Positions 50,783-63,247 of a DNA stretch of 64,000 nt are shown here, one piece after another. Position numbers and translations under genes: made by a program. The notes beneath the pieces were generated by a model. That model was not told the origin of the DNA, did no database searches, and saw nothing but the letters and a program-made list of their open reading frames with translations. Origin of the DNA: Tubulanus polymorphus. Lineage: Eukaryota; Animalia; Nemertea. How positions within the stretch are numbered: position 1 is the first letter of the stretch; each line of letters begins with the position of its first letter. Location of the stretch: positions 16,888,560 through 16,952,559 of the forward strand of contig NC_134027.1 in assembly GCF_964204645.1 (NCBI RefSeq). The letters run 5' to 3'.

Positions 50783-51204
50783 CTAATTAGTAAACTTATA
50801 AGCAACAAATATAACAATAACAGTTCCGCCTAAAATCCAAATTATTTCATATTTCTTCTGTTCATTACTTGGGGTATAATAATCTGATAATCTAGGTTTG
50901 TATAGATGTAATTTTTCTTTATTTGTTACTGCGTTATATAAACTCATTGCATCATCAACTGATTGAAAATCTCTATGTGAAATCTTCTGATCATATAATT
51001 CTTTATTGATGTAATCCATATAGTTTTGTCTCTTTTCTCTATATTCTTCTGCAGCTTTATTATATTTATCTAATGCTAAGTTATGTCTTCTTTGTTCTCC
51101 TAATGAACTATTTTTATCAATATGTTTAAATAAATAACCGCCACCAGTAAATGCTAAATTTTAACAATTGCTGATCCTATAATAGTTATAATTGCAGAAG
51201 CCAT
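50783..51204 (-). pseudogene. 140-aa membrane protein, frameshift near 51160
   Basis: Ortholog of 24103..24525. Confidence 0.78.
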
Positions 51205-51228
51205 TTATTTAGCAAAAAAATTATGCAT

Positions 51229-51450
51229 TCATATGGGAGGAATATATTTTTTTTTTTCTAAATAATCAATTGTTAAATTAGATAAAGTAACTGCTAATGT
51301 TAATTTTAAAATATCATTTATATCAAATCTATCAACATTAACACTTCCCATTTTAAATACTTTTTTTAATACCATTGAATAACCAACAGTTCCAACTGAT
51401 AGTAATGCGCCTTTATATAATCCAGTTATTATCCACTTATTATCACTCAT
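51229..51450 (-). CDS. 73-aa hydrophobic protein
   Basis: Ortholog of 24550..24771. Confidence 0.78.
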   Translation of the reverse strand: MSDNKWIITGLYKGALLSVGTVGYSMVLKKVFKMGSVNVDRFDINDILKLTLAVTLSNLTIDYLEKKKYIPPI

Positions 51451-51807
51451 TTATTTATCAAAGAAATTACTATCATCAAAATATTTAGTTATCTTATTCA
51501 TGATTAATTCAACATTTATTTCATTACTAGTTTCATTTGTATATATTTCAATTATTATTTTTTTAATATCATCGATGATAAAATCTTCATCTAATTCATA
51601 AAATCTTAAAGATTCTCTAATTAAATTAGTAATCTTTTCTACATTTAAAGTTTCTTTATCTATTGTTGTTTCATACTCAAATGTTGTTTCATTAGAAAAT
51701 GCAATATTTTTGATATGTGTAATTACATCATTAATGTTAAATTTCATTTCTTTCTCACGTTTAAAATCAAACCCAAAACATATACTCGGTCCAACAGTTA
51801 TATTCAT
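51451..51807 (-). CDS. Hypothetical protein
   Basis: Ortholog of 24814..25131. Confidence 0.75.
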   Translation of the reverse strand: MNITVGPSICFGFDFKREKEMKFNINDVITHIKNIAFSNETTFEYETTIDKETLNVEKITNLIRESLRFYELDEDFIIDDIKKIIIEIYTNETSNEINVELIMNKITKYFDDSNFFDK

Positions 51808-51823
51808 TTATATAGGTGAAAAA

Positions 51824-52576
51824 TTACTCTTTACATCTTATAACTAATTCATAAATTACAGGAAAGTTATTCAAATCAATTAAGTATCCATTATGATTTC
51901 TAATTTCTAATCTAAAATTATTAAAATGTGGAATACAAGGTTTGAAATCACATTCAGCTAAATTATAATTTATTTGCGTTCCAAATTGTTTAACATTTTT
52001 TATTGGTAAAATATTTAATATACTAGAATTACAAATTGTATCTTTAGTTGCTTCGAAAGTTTTTGTAGGCTCGATTAAATTGCAATAAATATAAAAGTGT
52101 GTAAAAGGTATTATATTTGTATAAGTATCAATATTTGAATAATGTCTATCCGGAAGAATTCCAAACAGTTTAGCTAAAGATTTTCTTACTAGAAATCTAT
52201 GTTGTTCATTAGTTAACTTTATTCTTATTTTATTCGAACTATCACTTTTGATGAATTTAATTTCAAATCGAGCAGCTGAGCCCATTTTTAAACGAGCTCT
52301 TTTATTAATTTCTTGCACTAATGTTTCTAAATTATATAATCCTGGTTTTAGATAAAGATGAAACCATTTATTCAAATTTCTATCATAAATTTTAAAAGCT
52401 AAATCAAGACTTTTATTCGATATATTATGAAAAGAATTACATGAACTTATATTAACTAATTTTAAATCAACACAATTCTTAAATTCTCTTTCTAATTGTA
52501 CTAATAAATTATGTGATTTATAATTTGTAAGTTTTCTAGAATCTACAAATATTCTGTATTCTTTTAATTCTACCAT
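51824..52576 (-). CDS. Minor capsid protein (penton, single jelly-roll)
   Basis: IFVDSR N-terminus, PGLYN, YIYCNLI, ILNILP, FRLEIRNHNGYLIDLNNFPVIYELVI C-terminus typical of Polinton/PLV pentons. Confidence 0.75.
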   Translation of the reverse strand: MVELKEYRIFVDSRKLTNYKSHNLLVQLEREFKNCVDLKLVNISSCNSFHNISNKSLDLAFKIYDRNLNKWFHLYLKPGLYNLETLVQEINKRARLKMGSAARFEIKFIKSDSSNKIRIKLTNEQHRFLVRKSLAKLFGILPDRHYSNIDTYTNIIPFTHFYIYCNLIEPTKTFEATKDTICNSSILNILPIKNVKQFGTQINYNLAECDFKPCIPHFNNFRLEIRNHNGYLIDLNNFPVIYELVIRCKE

Positions 52577-52593
52577 TTATTTTACATATTTTC

Positions 52594-52947
52594 TCATTCA
52601 AAATCTATTTCATGGTGCCCTTTTTCATTCTTACCTTTGTATACGAAATAGAAATCTCCAGAACATAATTCTTCTAAATCTTCACTTGATAATCTATGAA
52701 ATCTATCAGGTAAATATGTTCTGAATTTATATGTATTTCCTTTTAATCCTTCATATTCTAAGTGTATAACTAATTTATCTCCATAGTTATTAGTAACTGT
52801 ATCAATATTTGTAATTAGATATTTCTTATGGATTGTTAATTCTGTTAACTTTTTGAATTTATAATCTACAGATTTTACATTTGTAGTATCTTTTATTCTA
52901 TCTAGAAATGATTTGTTTTTCTCACTGTGTGCTTGTTTACTCTCCAT
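52594..52947 (-). CDS. Small beta-rich protein next to pPolB (possible ssDNA-binding)
   Basis: YGDKLVIHL..TYLPDRF; homolog at 16275-16600. Confidence 0.65.
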   Translation of the reverse strand: MESKQAHSEKNKSFLDRIKDTTNVKSVDYKFKKLTELTIHKKYLITNIDTVTNNYGDKLVIHLEYEGLKGNTYKFRTYLPDRFHRLSSEDLEELCSGDFYFVYKGKNEKGHHEIDFE

Positions 52948-52976
52948 TTTAATAACATATTTTTATTAAAATTTGA

Positions 52977-55900
52977 TTAACACGTTAGAATTCTTTTCAT
53001 TATCTCGTCCTCTTTTGTTTCTTCTCTTTTAAATTTTAAGTATTCATCTAAATTGCAACCATAAGCAAATGTATGAATTCCATCATCTAAAATATATCTT
53101 TTATCATCAAATGGGTTTAGACTTATCTTTTCAATTTCTTCAATAAACATTTCATGATCTTCAGATCTTAAACATCTCATCTTATGTTTTCTAACTTCTT
53201 TTTTGAATATACAATTGATGTAATCTTTGAAATGAATATTCTTTTCTACTACACTTTTGGTTATTCCTTTTAACTTTGTAGCTTCATGTTCTTTAGTTTT
53301 ATATGAATACATTTTAGATCTAATACCAATGAATTCAATCATTTCTTCACCAACTAATTCATCTTTGAATTTACCGGGAACTTTTTTATTATCATTGCTA
53401 AACAATTCATGATTTTTAGGATAATTACTGAAATCAAAATGATGTTTTAATGTTTTTAAATCATCATTTATGTTATCAGTTTTTATCTTTAATATGTAAG
53501 AATCGGTATCAAAATATAGGATTTCTATATGTTTTTCTCCAAAAAGTGGTTGTAATATATTATAATAGAATTCATACATTAGTAATTTTGATAATTCTAA
53601 AACTGAAGCGCCAACATAGATTGGTTTATTAAATTTCATTGATGTTCTTCTCATCTTAACTGCGGCTAAATTTTCATCAAATATTCTGTTACCAATGAAC
53701 TTAGGATATGTTTGTAAATGTCTAATTCTTTTACCATTACTGACTAACTCAATATCATTTCTATTTCTAATATTTTCACAAGTCTTACCATAGAATGCAT
53801 TATTCATTAACTTGAAGAAATCTTTCTCGAAATCAGTTTTAGCTTTAGTTCTCTGTTTGGTGTTAAAATCTATATATTTTTCTAACCACTTAGATTGGCT
53901 GAATGAAATATATCTATGTACTTTTTTTAGAACCATTCCTTGTTTTAGATAAAACTTCAACATTCTATAATGTACTACATAATTATATTTATCTTCTTGA
54001 GTTACCATTAACTTTTCTGTATGAATATGATTTTCGGGTTTAATTCTTTTTTGGTAATTTGATAATTCTTCATGAGTTACAGTTTTATGTTCTGGACAGT
54101 ATGCTAGATTTCTAGATTTAAATTTTTTATCTTCAGGATATTCTAAATCTACAACAAAGAAGTAACCAGTATCTGAATCATCTGCAATATCTAGGATTCT
54201 TTTCTTCCAATCAAATTTATCATTATTTTCATTCTGTAAAACTTCAGTTAATTCAAATACTCCATAAGGTTGTGGTTCCATCATTGCCCAACCATACAAA
54301 TTATTTGCATCTATATATAATAACTTATATCCGGGGTTATCATTTACATTGAAATATCTATCACCTAATACACCTGAAACTCCTGCTCTTATAGATTTTT
54401 CAAATAATAGTAATTGATCTATATTTGTTAACAAATCCATTTTTATATCTGTAAATTTTAATCCACAATCCCATGTTAATCCTGGTGATGAATAACAATG
54501 ACAAGGATCAATATTGAAATATTTTAGGTTTACATCTCTAAACCTTTCGAATATATCGGTTAATGATAATACATCTGATTTTAAATATAAATCTACTAAT
54601 TGCCCATGATTTTCTATTTTGAAATGATTCCAAATATTCAATGTTCTATTATATACTTCATCTTTAACATATTCATTTTTTAATTCATCATAGAATTGTT
54701 CTTTCAATAATTCAGTTATGTTAAAATCATTATGATTTTTATAGAAAGAATATGGAATTGCTCCTTTATATCTCATTAATTGAAAATCATCATTATTTGG
54801 GTAGTGCTGCTTTAATATTTTTAATTCATCATCAACTAATGATTTTGATAAGTTATCTAATGAACTGTTTAAAAATCTATATGAATCTATAAATCTTAGA
54901 CACCCAAATTGGAATGATATATAATTCTCAGATGTTTTAGCTAACATTCTAAATTTATAAGTTGGTATTTTATCTTTTGATCTATTTGAATTTAATCTTT
55001 CTATTTCATTATTAATTTCTTCTATTTATGGCATAACTGTTTGATAAATAAATGCGCATCATATCCAGATAGATTATGAAATATAACTGGTACAAAGTTA
55101 ATTTTCTTAGCTTGTAAGTTACAATTCTCATGTGCGGCGCCTCTGAACTTTCCATTCAAATGATCATGGTCTCTTACTTTTTTATCTTTATAATTTAATA
55201 TCTTTTCACAATAATAACATTTACCTGCTAACACAAATTCTTCTTTATCTTTTTCTGTGATTATAATTTCTATATTTGTATTCAATAATTTACTAAATCT
55301 TATTTCATATTCAATTAATAAGTCACAAAAATGATTGATAACATTTTCATTTCTGTAATGATAATATTCACTTTCAATTAGTTCTGGATAATCAGATTTT
55401 ATATATAACCCGAAAGCAGCAGCTGATTGATGAATCTTTTTAATTGTATTTGTTTTTGGTGGTTCATCTGAAAAATTATTTTCATTAGAATTTAATTTCT
55501 TTCTTTTATAATATATTTCTTTTCTATCTTGATCAGTTAATTCTTTATTTAATGATTCAAAATCTCCATATATTACAAATGGTACTTTATTTTTGTAATC
55601 ATATTTTTTTAATTCTAATATTTTATCCTTTTCATTTGGTAAAACTAATTTACAATAATCATGATCTTCACATAATTGTTTATGATTTAATAATGTACTT
55701 TCATTACTGAATCTATGTAAACATTTTCTACAAAGATATATTTTATGGTGATCATTTTCTGATTTAAAAAATAAATCTATTTGTTTAATCCACATATAAT
55801 GATTCTCATAATATAATATATCTATAACATCGTTTGAATCATAATCTTTTGATAGGTATAAAGGATCTAATGTATAATGTTTTATATTGTTACCTTTTGT

Positions 55901-57000
55901 ATTTGGTAATTTGATTAAATCAAATACATTTATTCTTAAATTATTATCTCTTTCTATCTTTGGGACGTTTTTAATTCTAACAGGATACTTATCTATCTTA
56001 TAATTATTTTCAAATGGTTTATAATGAGTTAATCTAAAACTATGTGTAATATCTTCTGTTGGGTGTAAACAACTTATTATAGCCCATAGAAAACATTTAT
56101 CATCTTCATTTTGTATATTTATAACAGCATTAGTTTTAAATGGTAGTTTAATATAACTCGATGCTTCAATATCTGGTTCTTTATAATATAATACATTATT
56201 TTCATCTATTGGTTTTGATTTAGTTAACTTATTATATTTTGTGTTATAAACATGTAAAGTCATAAATATTATCTCATCAAATATTAAACTAGATCCTTCA
56301 AAATATTTCTCTTCTATTTTAGTTTTTACTTCATTATAACATTTATCTAATTTATGATCTATATGTTGTTTAGATATAATATGTTGTGAATGAGAATTTA
56401 TATTATATATTGGTTTATCTTCAGATTTTATGAATTTAACTTTAGAAGATATACTTATTTTAGGATATTCAACATCAGTTATTATTTTTATTATTTCTTT
56501 CATATTTTCTAAATGTTTTTTATTTTCTTCTAATGTTTTTCCTTTATGAAATTTAAACTCAATAGCTGCTGGACCAATATCACTTTTAAATGCTTCGGTT
56601 ATCTCTATATCTTTTTTATTATCTAATGAATTACATTCTTACATCTTCCATGTATGGTCTTTTATTGTTTAATTTATGCTTTTAATTGTCTTATGTTTCT
56701 TATCGTTATCATTATCAAAATAATCTTCACCTAAAATATCATTATTCTTATTTCTAATATGACTTTTAGATTTTAAATGTTCTTTATAATATCTTTATCA
56801 CTGAATGATTGATTACATGTATCACATTTGTATGTTTCTTTTTCATTCTTTAATTCATCTAATTTAGTTTCTAATATATCATCTTTATATTCTAGTTTCA
56901 ATTTATTCTCTAAATGTGTTTTAGTTTTATTGTGTCTTGCTTTTTGGGATTTATCTACAATGATATTACATGTTGGACAGTAGTACTTATTTCCTTCCAT
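52977..57000 (-). pseudogene. polB: Protein-primed PolB, intein-free, broken by stops/frameshifts
   Basis: FVIYGDFES, FHNLSGYD, YIDANNLYGWAM, KLMNNAFYGKT, YFDTDSY. Confidence 0.95.
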
Positions 57001-57611
57001 TTTAATACTAATTTTTCTTTTTTTAATTGATTTTAGAAGTTCAATGATTTATATCATGTATTATTTCAATCACACTTTACCAACACTTTTAATGTTTAAA
57101 CATCTAACTCACACAAATATAAATATTGAAATAATGTTGTAAATATATACTTTTATATTGAATAATCTGTCAATTTAAATGTTATTCATTTATATGAATA
57201 TTTTAAGAGTAATAGGGGTAATGGGCTTTCATATCAAATGTTGAATGGTCGAGTTCATTAAAAACAAATATTAAAAGTAATTTAAAACTATAATATATTT
57301 TCATAACCGTGTGTATTTCAGTTGAATAATAGAATTATTATTATTATTTGAATATATTTGATTATATGAATTTGTGTATTGTAAATAAATCAATTGGTCG
57401 CGGAGCGGAGCGGTAGCGAAGTGGAGCGACCAATTGATTTAATACAATATGCTTTTTAAATTATTGATATCTTAGAATAAATATTCAGTTATAATATAAA
57501 ATACACACGGTTATGAAAATATATTATAGTTTTAAATTACTTTTAATGTTTTGTTTTTTAATGAGCTCGACCTTTCGACCTTTGGTATGAAAGCCCATTA
57601 CCCCTATTACT
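56887..57611. repeat. Right TIR of C with fold-back 57208-57611
   Basis: Reverse complement of 37370-38093. Confidence 0.93.
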
Positions 57612-57890
57612 AGCTGGTATCGCAAATTATCTTATTGCAACATCTAGTCACAAACTCGTATGGGTTTACGCCATAGCGTAAAATCTCCATACAGGAGTGA
57701 CATTTTATGTCGCCCCGCTCTGAACAAAATAGCGGAACGGTATGAATTTCCACTTCTTCAAAATACTGGAGAGTAAGCCATTTTTCGTAGAGAGTGTCGA
57801 GTAAGAATTTCGTAGAGAGTGTCGAATAAGAATGAATAATATCGTCAGGATGTATAAAGTATCTATATAATGCAAGTCGAAAATATATGA
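57612..57890 (-). pseudogene. Multi-RING-finger protein, 5' part
   Basis: KCHSCMEIL..TRCCNKIICDT joins in frame to CFDNAAED across the TSD. Confidence 0.72.
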
Positions 57891-58126
57891 CTGAACATGA
57901 ATATTATCATAGTAGAAAGCATCTATACAATACAAGTCGATAATTCAATACGATGTAAATAAACAATGGCCTGTCAACGATGACACGTCGATTGTAAATA
58001 TATCATTCTCTTTGAATCGGACACTAATGAATATCACAACGGGGAGTACTTCTAAACCCCTCATATTTTGGTTACCATATGTCATCATAAACTAACTCGT
58101 AACTAACAACAATCAAATATCCTGAC

Positions 58127-58783
58127 GTGAATGTGCTTGATTTGTTTCATAACATCATTTTGATATTTGCAAGGAAGACGGATTCCTTGATCACCGTAGA
58201 AAAATCATTTTTTGATTGCAGCGAAATAGAATTAAACGAAATGATGATTATTAGTTTCAACTGTGAACCAGGATATGGAGTTTGTCACGGTTATTGTAGA
58301 CTGTTCTTACATATTTTGGACTTAAAACTGACGAAATGCTGTAAGAAATGTATTTGTTCGGTATGTTGGCAGATAACGGTTAAAAGGTGTGAACCTAACT
58401 CAAAGAATTTCAACTGCCCGATGGAAGATTGTTCAGCTATTCATAACTTGACGCGTAGGATCCGAACAACAATGTGTCGCCGCTGTAAAGATTGGAAGTC
58501 ACCTGACGTTTATCAGTCCTGTATTGCCGGAACATTTTGTAGAAAATGCAAAGATGACCTCGAAACATCATCTGATTTACAGATGTGTTTTAAGTGTTTA
58601 TCGCGTGTTTGCAGCGTTAAATTGTGCGTGATATGGATGGAACATTGCAAAACTGAGAGATATTTTGGATGCGTTATTCACGATGTGTGTGTCAAGGCGT
58701 TCAGCAATAATCGTAACCAATGCATAAAATGTAAAAATTTAAACGCTATCCATATATTACATATATATCTTGGTTTGAAATAA
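58127..58783 (+). CDS. Cys-rich (RING-like) protein of element E
   Basis: CHGYC, CCKKCICSVC, CPMEDC, further CxxC pairs. Confidence 0.6.
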   Translation: MNVLDLFHNIILIFARKTDSLITVEKSFFDCSEIELNEMMIISFNCEPGYGVCHGYCRLFLHILDLKLTKCCKKCICSVCWQITVKRCEPNSKNFNCPMEDCSAIHNLTRRIRTTMCRRCKDWKSPDVYQSCIAGTFCRKCKDDLETSSDLQMCFKCLSRVCSVKLCVIWMEHCKTERYFGCVIHDVCVKAFSNNRNQCIKCKNLNAIHILHIYLGLK

Positions 58784-58904
58784 ATAACATTGTTTGAAAT
58801 ATATAACGGTCGTTAATTGGTATTGTTTAATCTATTCGAACGCGGATTATCGCATAAGTAATCGGGTAACAGCTGTTGGGAGCATCCACCGCAATTTTTG
58901 AATC

Positions 58905-59028
58905 ATAGGGCTCACGTGACCGCCGCCATTTTGGACGGACGCCATCTTGGATCACATAACCACCGCCATCTTGGATTAACCACAACCACAATTTAACCAC
59001 GGGCCTATAGTACCCCACCATCACTACT
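58905..59028. repeat. Right terminus of Maverick E
   Basis: Three GCCATYTTGG (YY1-like) motifs, ends TCACTACT (AGTAGT on opposite strand), sharp junction to BEL pol. Confidence 0.65.
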
Positions 59029-60213
59029 TGTAACAATACAAGAGAGGTGTAGGATTCAGTTAGGGTGGGATTACATAATTCCCGCCTGGTGCGATGAGTT
59101 TTTGTTGAAATGGCTAAAAGAATTACCTAGTTTAGAAGGTTTACGCATCGGTAGATGTTTTCAACCATCAGGCTTCGATGATCCAATATCCGCTCAGTTA
59201 CATCATTTTTCTGATGCTGCTGAGATTGGATACGGTGCAGTTAGTTTTCTGAGGTTATTCGATGGCACGACGGTACATTGTAGTTTCGTGCTCGGTAAGT
59301 CTAGAGTGACGCCTCTGAAAACTGTGAGCATTCCACGACTTGAGTTGGCCGCTGCAGTTTTATCAACGCGACTCGACGGCATGAAACTAAAAGAGATCGA
59401 CATACCTATCGAACCCTCATATTTCTGGACGGACAGCACAGAAGTCCTCAAATATATTCGAAACGAGGATAAACGGTTTCAAATTTATGTAGCAAACAGG
59501 GTGTCAGCAATAAGAGAACACTCTAAACCATGTCAATGGCGCTTCATCGATGGCCGCCTCAACCCAGCTGATGAAGCTGATCTCGCGGTTTAAAGCCTAC
59601 TGAACTTATTAACTCGTCGAGATGGTTAATGGGACCAGAGTTTCTTTGGAGAGATGAATCTCAATGGCCCAAACAGCCAGATGACGTGAATTTTGATATA
59701 GAGCCTTCCGATCAAGAGTTAAGAAAGACGGTTAACACGGTTAAGGTGGACGAAGACCATCTACTTAACTCATTTAGTCAATTTTCTTCTTGGTACAAAC
59801 TCAAGAAATGTGTAGCCTGGATCCTGAGGCTCAAATCTCGACTATTGAGTAGAGTTCGGAAAATCGACTCTGTGGTGAAATCCAATCGTCTAACAGTTTC
59901 CGAGTTGAGACGTGCAGAGAATGCAATATTAGGTTACGTACAAAAACGGTACTACCCTGACGAATACAGTCACTCTCTTAAAAGGACAAGTTCCCTTATC
60001 CCGTTAGATCCTGTCTTGGTTGACGGACTCCTTTGTGTAGGTGGCCGTCTAAGGCACTCGATATTACCGGATAAACGTAAACACCCAATCATAGTTCCAA
60101 AAAATAGCCACCTATGTACATAAATTATTGATTATTATCACAGAGTGTATGCGCATAGGGGGTGTGAGTACGTCTTATCAAACATTAGAAAGAAATGTTC
60201 GCTAATTAACGCT
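59029..60213 (+). pseudogene. pol: BEL/Pao retrotransposon pol fragment (RNase H to integrase zinc finger)
   Basis: LGWD, LHHFSDAAEIGYGAV, KSRVTP..SIPRLEL.AA, FWTDS, NPAD, W..GPEFL, GLLCVGGRL, KHPIIVPK. Confidence 0.92.
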
Positions 60214-60328
60214 AGTAATAGGGAATATGTTGTTTCAAGTCAGAGGTCGAGAGGTCGAGCTCACTCAACCTCTCTATCTCTGACTTGAAACAACATATTC
60301 CCTATTACTCCTAATAATTTCATATAAA

Positions 60329-60964
60329 TGTTGCCCACTGGCAACAGTTTGTCTTTCAGGTCTGTTAAGTTTCAGTGAATTTAGTTTATTATCTTTTTTG
60401 GTCTTTATTTTGCGTGCTTTATGTTAGTATGTTGTTGTTAGGTAGTATTGGTAAGCTGTTGGTAAGCTGTTGGTAAGCTGTTTTGTGTGGTTTGAATTCA
60501 TATTAATCTGGTATTATGTAGTGTTGGTGAGCTGTTTTGTGTGGTTTGAATTCATATAAACTGATATTGTGTAGTGTAGGTAAGCTGTTTCATGGGTGGT
60601 TTAATTTTCCTTTACGTTTGCTCTGTACAACAGTACTTCTGGGCATTCGTCACGGTATTCTGATAAAGGAAAGACATAGGCTCTCTACAACTAAAAAGAG
60701 TTGTAAGTTAAAATTATATATTTCTAAATGTCAACTATTTATTGCATTTATCGAGGCCTTTTTTTCTCCGTAATTTGAATTATTATTTATCAAATTTTTA
60801 GGGTTTAATTGTGTATTTTTCAGTTAACCACTCGCTCGTATTCACTGTGTATCTGTAACCTGTACGTTTCACACATTCGAAAATAAAGTGCGTTAGACAT
60901 TTTATGATTGTAGCCGTCTTGTCCTCGATTTGATAAGTTCTATGTCCAACTCTGGTTTGGGACA
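60329..60964 (+). mobile_element. Probable solo LTR inserted in D
   Basis: TGTTGCCC...GGGACA ends, flanking TAAA duplication, AATAAA near 3' end; removal restores catataaatgaa as in C. Confidence 0.6.
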
Positions 60965-61187
60965 TAAATGAACATTATTTACATGAATTTCATATATTTT
61001 AAAATGAATTATATGTTAATCATAAAAGTGTGAGTAAAGTGTGAGTAAATAATTCATATTTTAACAGATTTCGAATAAAAATATAAGTAAAATAAATGGA
61101 TAATTAAAAGAATATAAAATTGTGAGCAAAGTGTGATTGAAATAATTCATATTTTAACATTGAATATTTATATTTGAATGAGTTTTA

Positions 61188-61841
61188 ATGGAAGTTTTGT
61201 TATAAAAATGAAGAAAGAAGAAGAAAAACCTAAATTCAAAAATCGAAATAAATGAAACCAATAAATTATTTTCACGGTTTAACATTAGAAATTATATTTC
61301 AGCAACAAATTTAGTGTCCGCAAGACATTATAAAATCGATAACATTACTATGATTAATCAAATATCATCAAATGAAACATATTTAATTACTGAACTAATT
61401 GATACTTTTGATAATGGCGTTAAAAATCCTAAAGTATTCAATACAGTTTTAAATTTTAAAGAACTTTAGATGAAAACATAATTAATATTCTTAAAACTCC
61501 TTTCAATGAAAGAAAAAGTGATATAATACTTGCTAAAGATTACAATGATTTGATTAACTTATGAATTGAAAAAAGACAATTATATTATTTCAATTTTGAT
61601 AATAAACGAATTATCTATAATGAAAATTCATCGAATATTGGAATTCAATGTGAATTAGATAATGAAAAATCAAAGATGTTGCAGTTCAATGTAATTTAGA
61701 TGATTAATTTAGAAAATTCAATCCTAAAGAAAAAGTGTATTGTTATTGCGGAGGCAAATATTTAAAATCACATAAATCAAAGCATTATCAGACAATCAAA
61801 CATATCGAATATGAAAAGAGTAATAATTCTATATTGAAATA
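61188..61841 (+). pseudogene. Degraded inverted copy of 63248..63847
   Basis: Same DNA in opposite orientation with frameshifts; tail CYCGGKY..HYQTIKH. Confidence 0.75.
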
Positions 61842-61928
61842 AGATTAAGCTGTATGAGTAATTGGAAAATTTCAAATATCATTACTCAAAAATAATAATT
61901 TAACTCTAAATATAAAAAAAAAGATATT

Positions 61929-62049
61929 ATAGCGTGAATAGAAATCAAGAAGATTTAAATTAAAAAAAACATAAGTTAAATAAGTTAGTATTAGATAAAG
62001 CAACTTATTGTTTTTTCATTTAAATCTTTTTGATTTCTATTCACGCTAT
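61929..62049. repeat. AT-rich hairpin
   Basis: atagcgtgaatagaaatcaa.aagatttaaat / atttaaatctt.ttgatttctattcacgctat. Confidence 0.8.
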
Positions 62050-62504
62050 TGGTTAACAAGAATTGACTAGAATTCAAATAGATTTAATAAGAAATTAAAT
62101 AACTTTAACTGTTAGTACCACTCTTGTATTATTTCATTGTTTCTCTAATTGAATAAGCCAACCAACTAATATCACTCTTGTATTATTCTAGTCAAATGTA
62201 AAGAATTACAATATCTTGAATGAATTAAAACATAAATTACTTCTGTGACTTCATTTTCAGAAATAAAGCATAATATATATTTAATACATTAATACGTATT
62301 TAATACATTAATACGTATTTGATACGTATTGAATACGTATTTAATACATTGATACCACAAACCCCCTTTTTTAACATAAGTATAATTTACTCATTTTCAT
62401 ACATTTCAACTAAAATATTTTATATTTTCAGCTAATTTAACAGTCGATTTCTTATTTTGATTCATATAATTTTTCATCAAGTTCATGAATATACATGTGA
62501 TTCC

Positions 62505-62756
62505 TTAATGATCTTTTATTTTATATCTTTTATTACATATTTCACAGCATATAATATTATTCAATCTATCTGAAATATAATTCATATTTTCTATTAATTC
62601 AGCGTATCTTATTTTACAAGAATCATAAAATTCTAACAACTGTTTTATACTATAAATTGAAAAAGAAAGTAAACCTGAAATCATAATAATTGATTTAATA
62701 TTGTGTTGATTTTTATATATTAGATGTAATATTTCAAATACCTTATTTTCACTCAT
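62505..62756 (-). CDS. Small hydrophobic protein with CxxC
   Basis: 83-aa ORF in unique core of D. Confidence 0.45.
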   Translation of the reverse strand: MSENKVFEILHLIYKNQHNIKSIIMISGLLSFSIYSIKQLLEFYDSCKIRYAELIENMNYISDRLNNIICCEICNKRYKIKDH

Positions 62757-62803
62757 TTTTGTAGTTAAAATATATAGAATAAATTAAATTAAAAGGTGCT
62801 GGT

Positions 62804-63025
62804 CTAATCCTCTAATTCTTTTAAATCATTAACTTTTTTATTGTTATTCTTTCTGTGATTGTTTCCATTTAACTTCTTTATCTTTTTACTCGATTTATTA
62901 TTTTCAGTCATCAAATCTTTTGAAATATTCTTATAGTAAAAATATAATGCAGCCAATATTAATCCTCCAGCAACTAAATAATGTTTCAAATCACTTTTCC
63001 GAGTTGGAATGCTGGAATCATCCAT
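62804..63025 (-). CDS. Small single-TM basic protein
   Basis: YLVAGGLILAALYFYY; starts TTTTTTT-CTTAAA-TAAATG like family genes. Confidence 0.6.
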   Translation of the reverse strand: MDDSSIPTRKSDLKHYLVAGGLILAALYFYYKNISKDLMTENNKSSKKIKKLNGNNHRKNNNKKVNDLKELED

Positions 63026-63247
63026 TTATTTAAGAAAAAAATTAATGAATTGATAAATATTTAATATTTTAGAAATATTTAACTTTCATAAGTTTCAAAT
63101 CAGATAACAATTAAACTTACTACCTAACAGTTATTCATTAACTAATTTCTCAATGCTATAACTACTATATATTTGAAACATACAGCTTAATCTTATTTCA
63201 ATATAGAATTATTATTCTTTTCATATTCGATATGTTTGATAATGTTT

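Larger units (their letters stand above)
37370..57611 (-). mobile_element. Polinton/Maverick-like element copy C, complete (20.2 kb including Penelope insertion)
   Basis: TIRs 37370-38093 / 56887-57611; TSD AGCAGG (37364-37369) / AGCTGG (57612-57617); full gene set. Confidence 0.95.
35362..59028 (+). mobile_element. Classical Maverick/Polinton remnant E (interrupted by Gypsy at left and by copy C)
   Basis: Hexon-like MCP tail, adenain protease, Cys-rich genes, terminus ...TCACTACT with GCCATCTTGG repeats. Confidence 0.78.
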
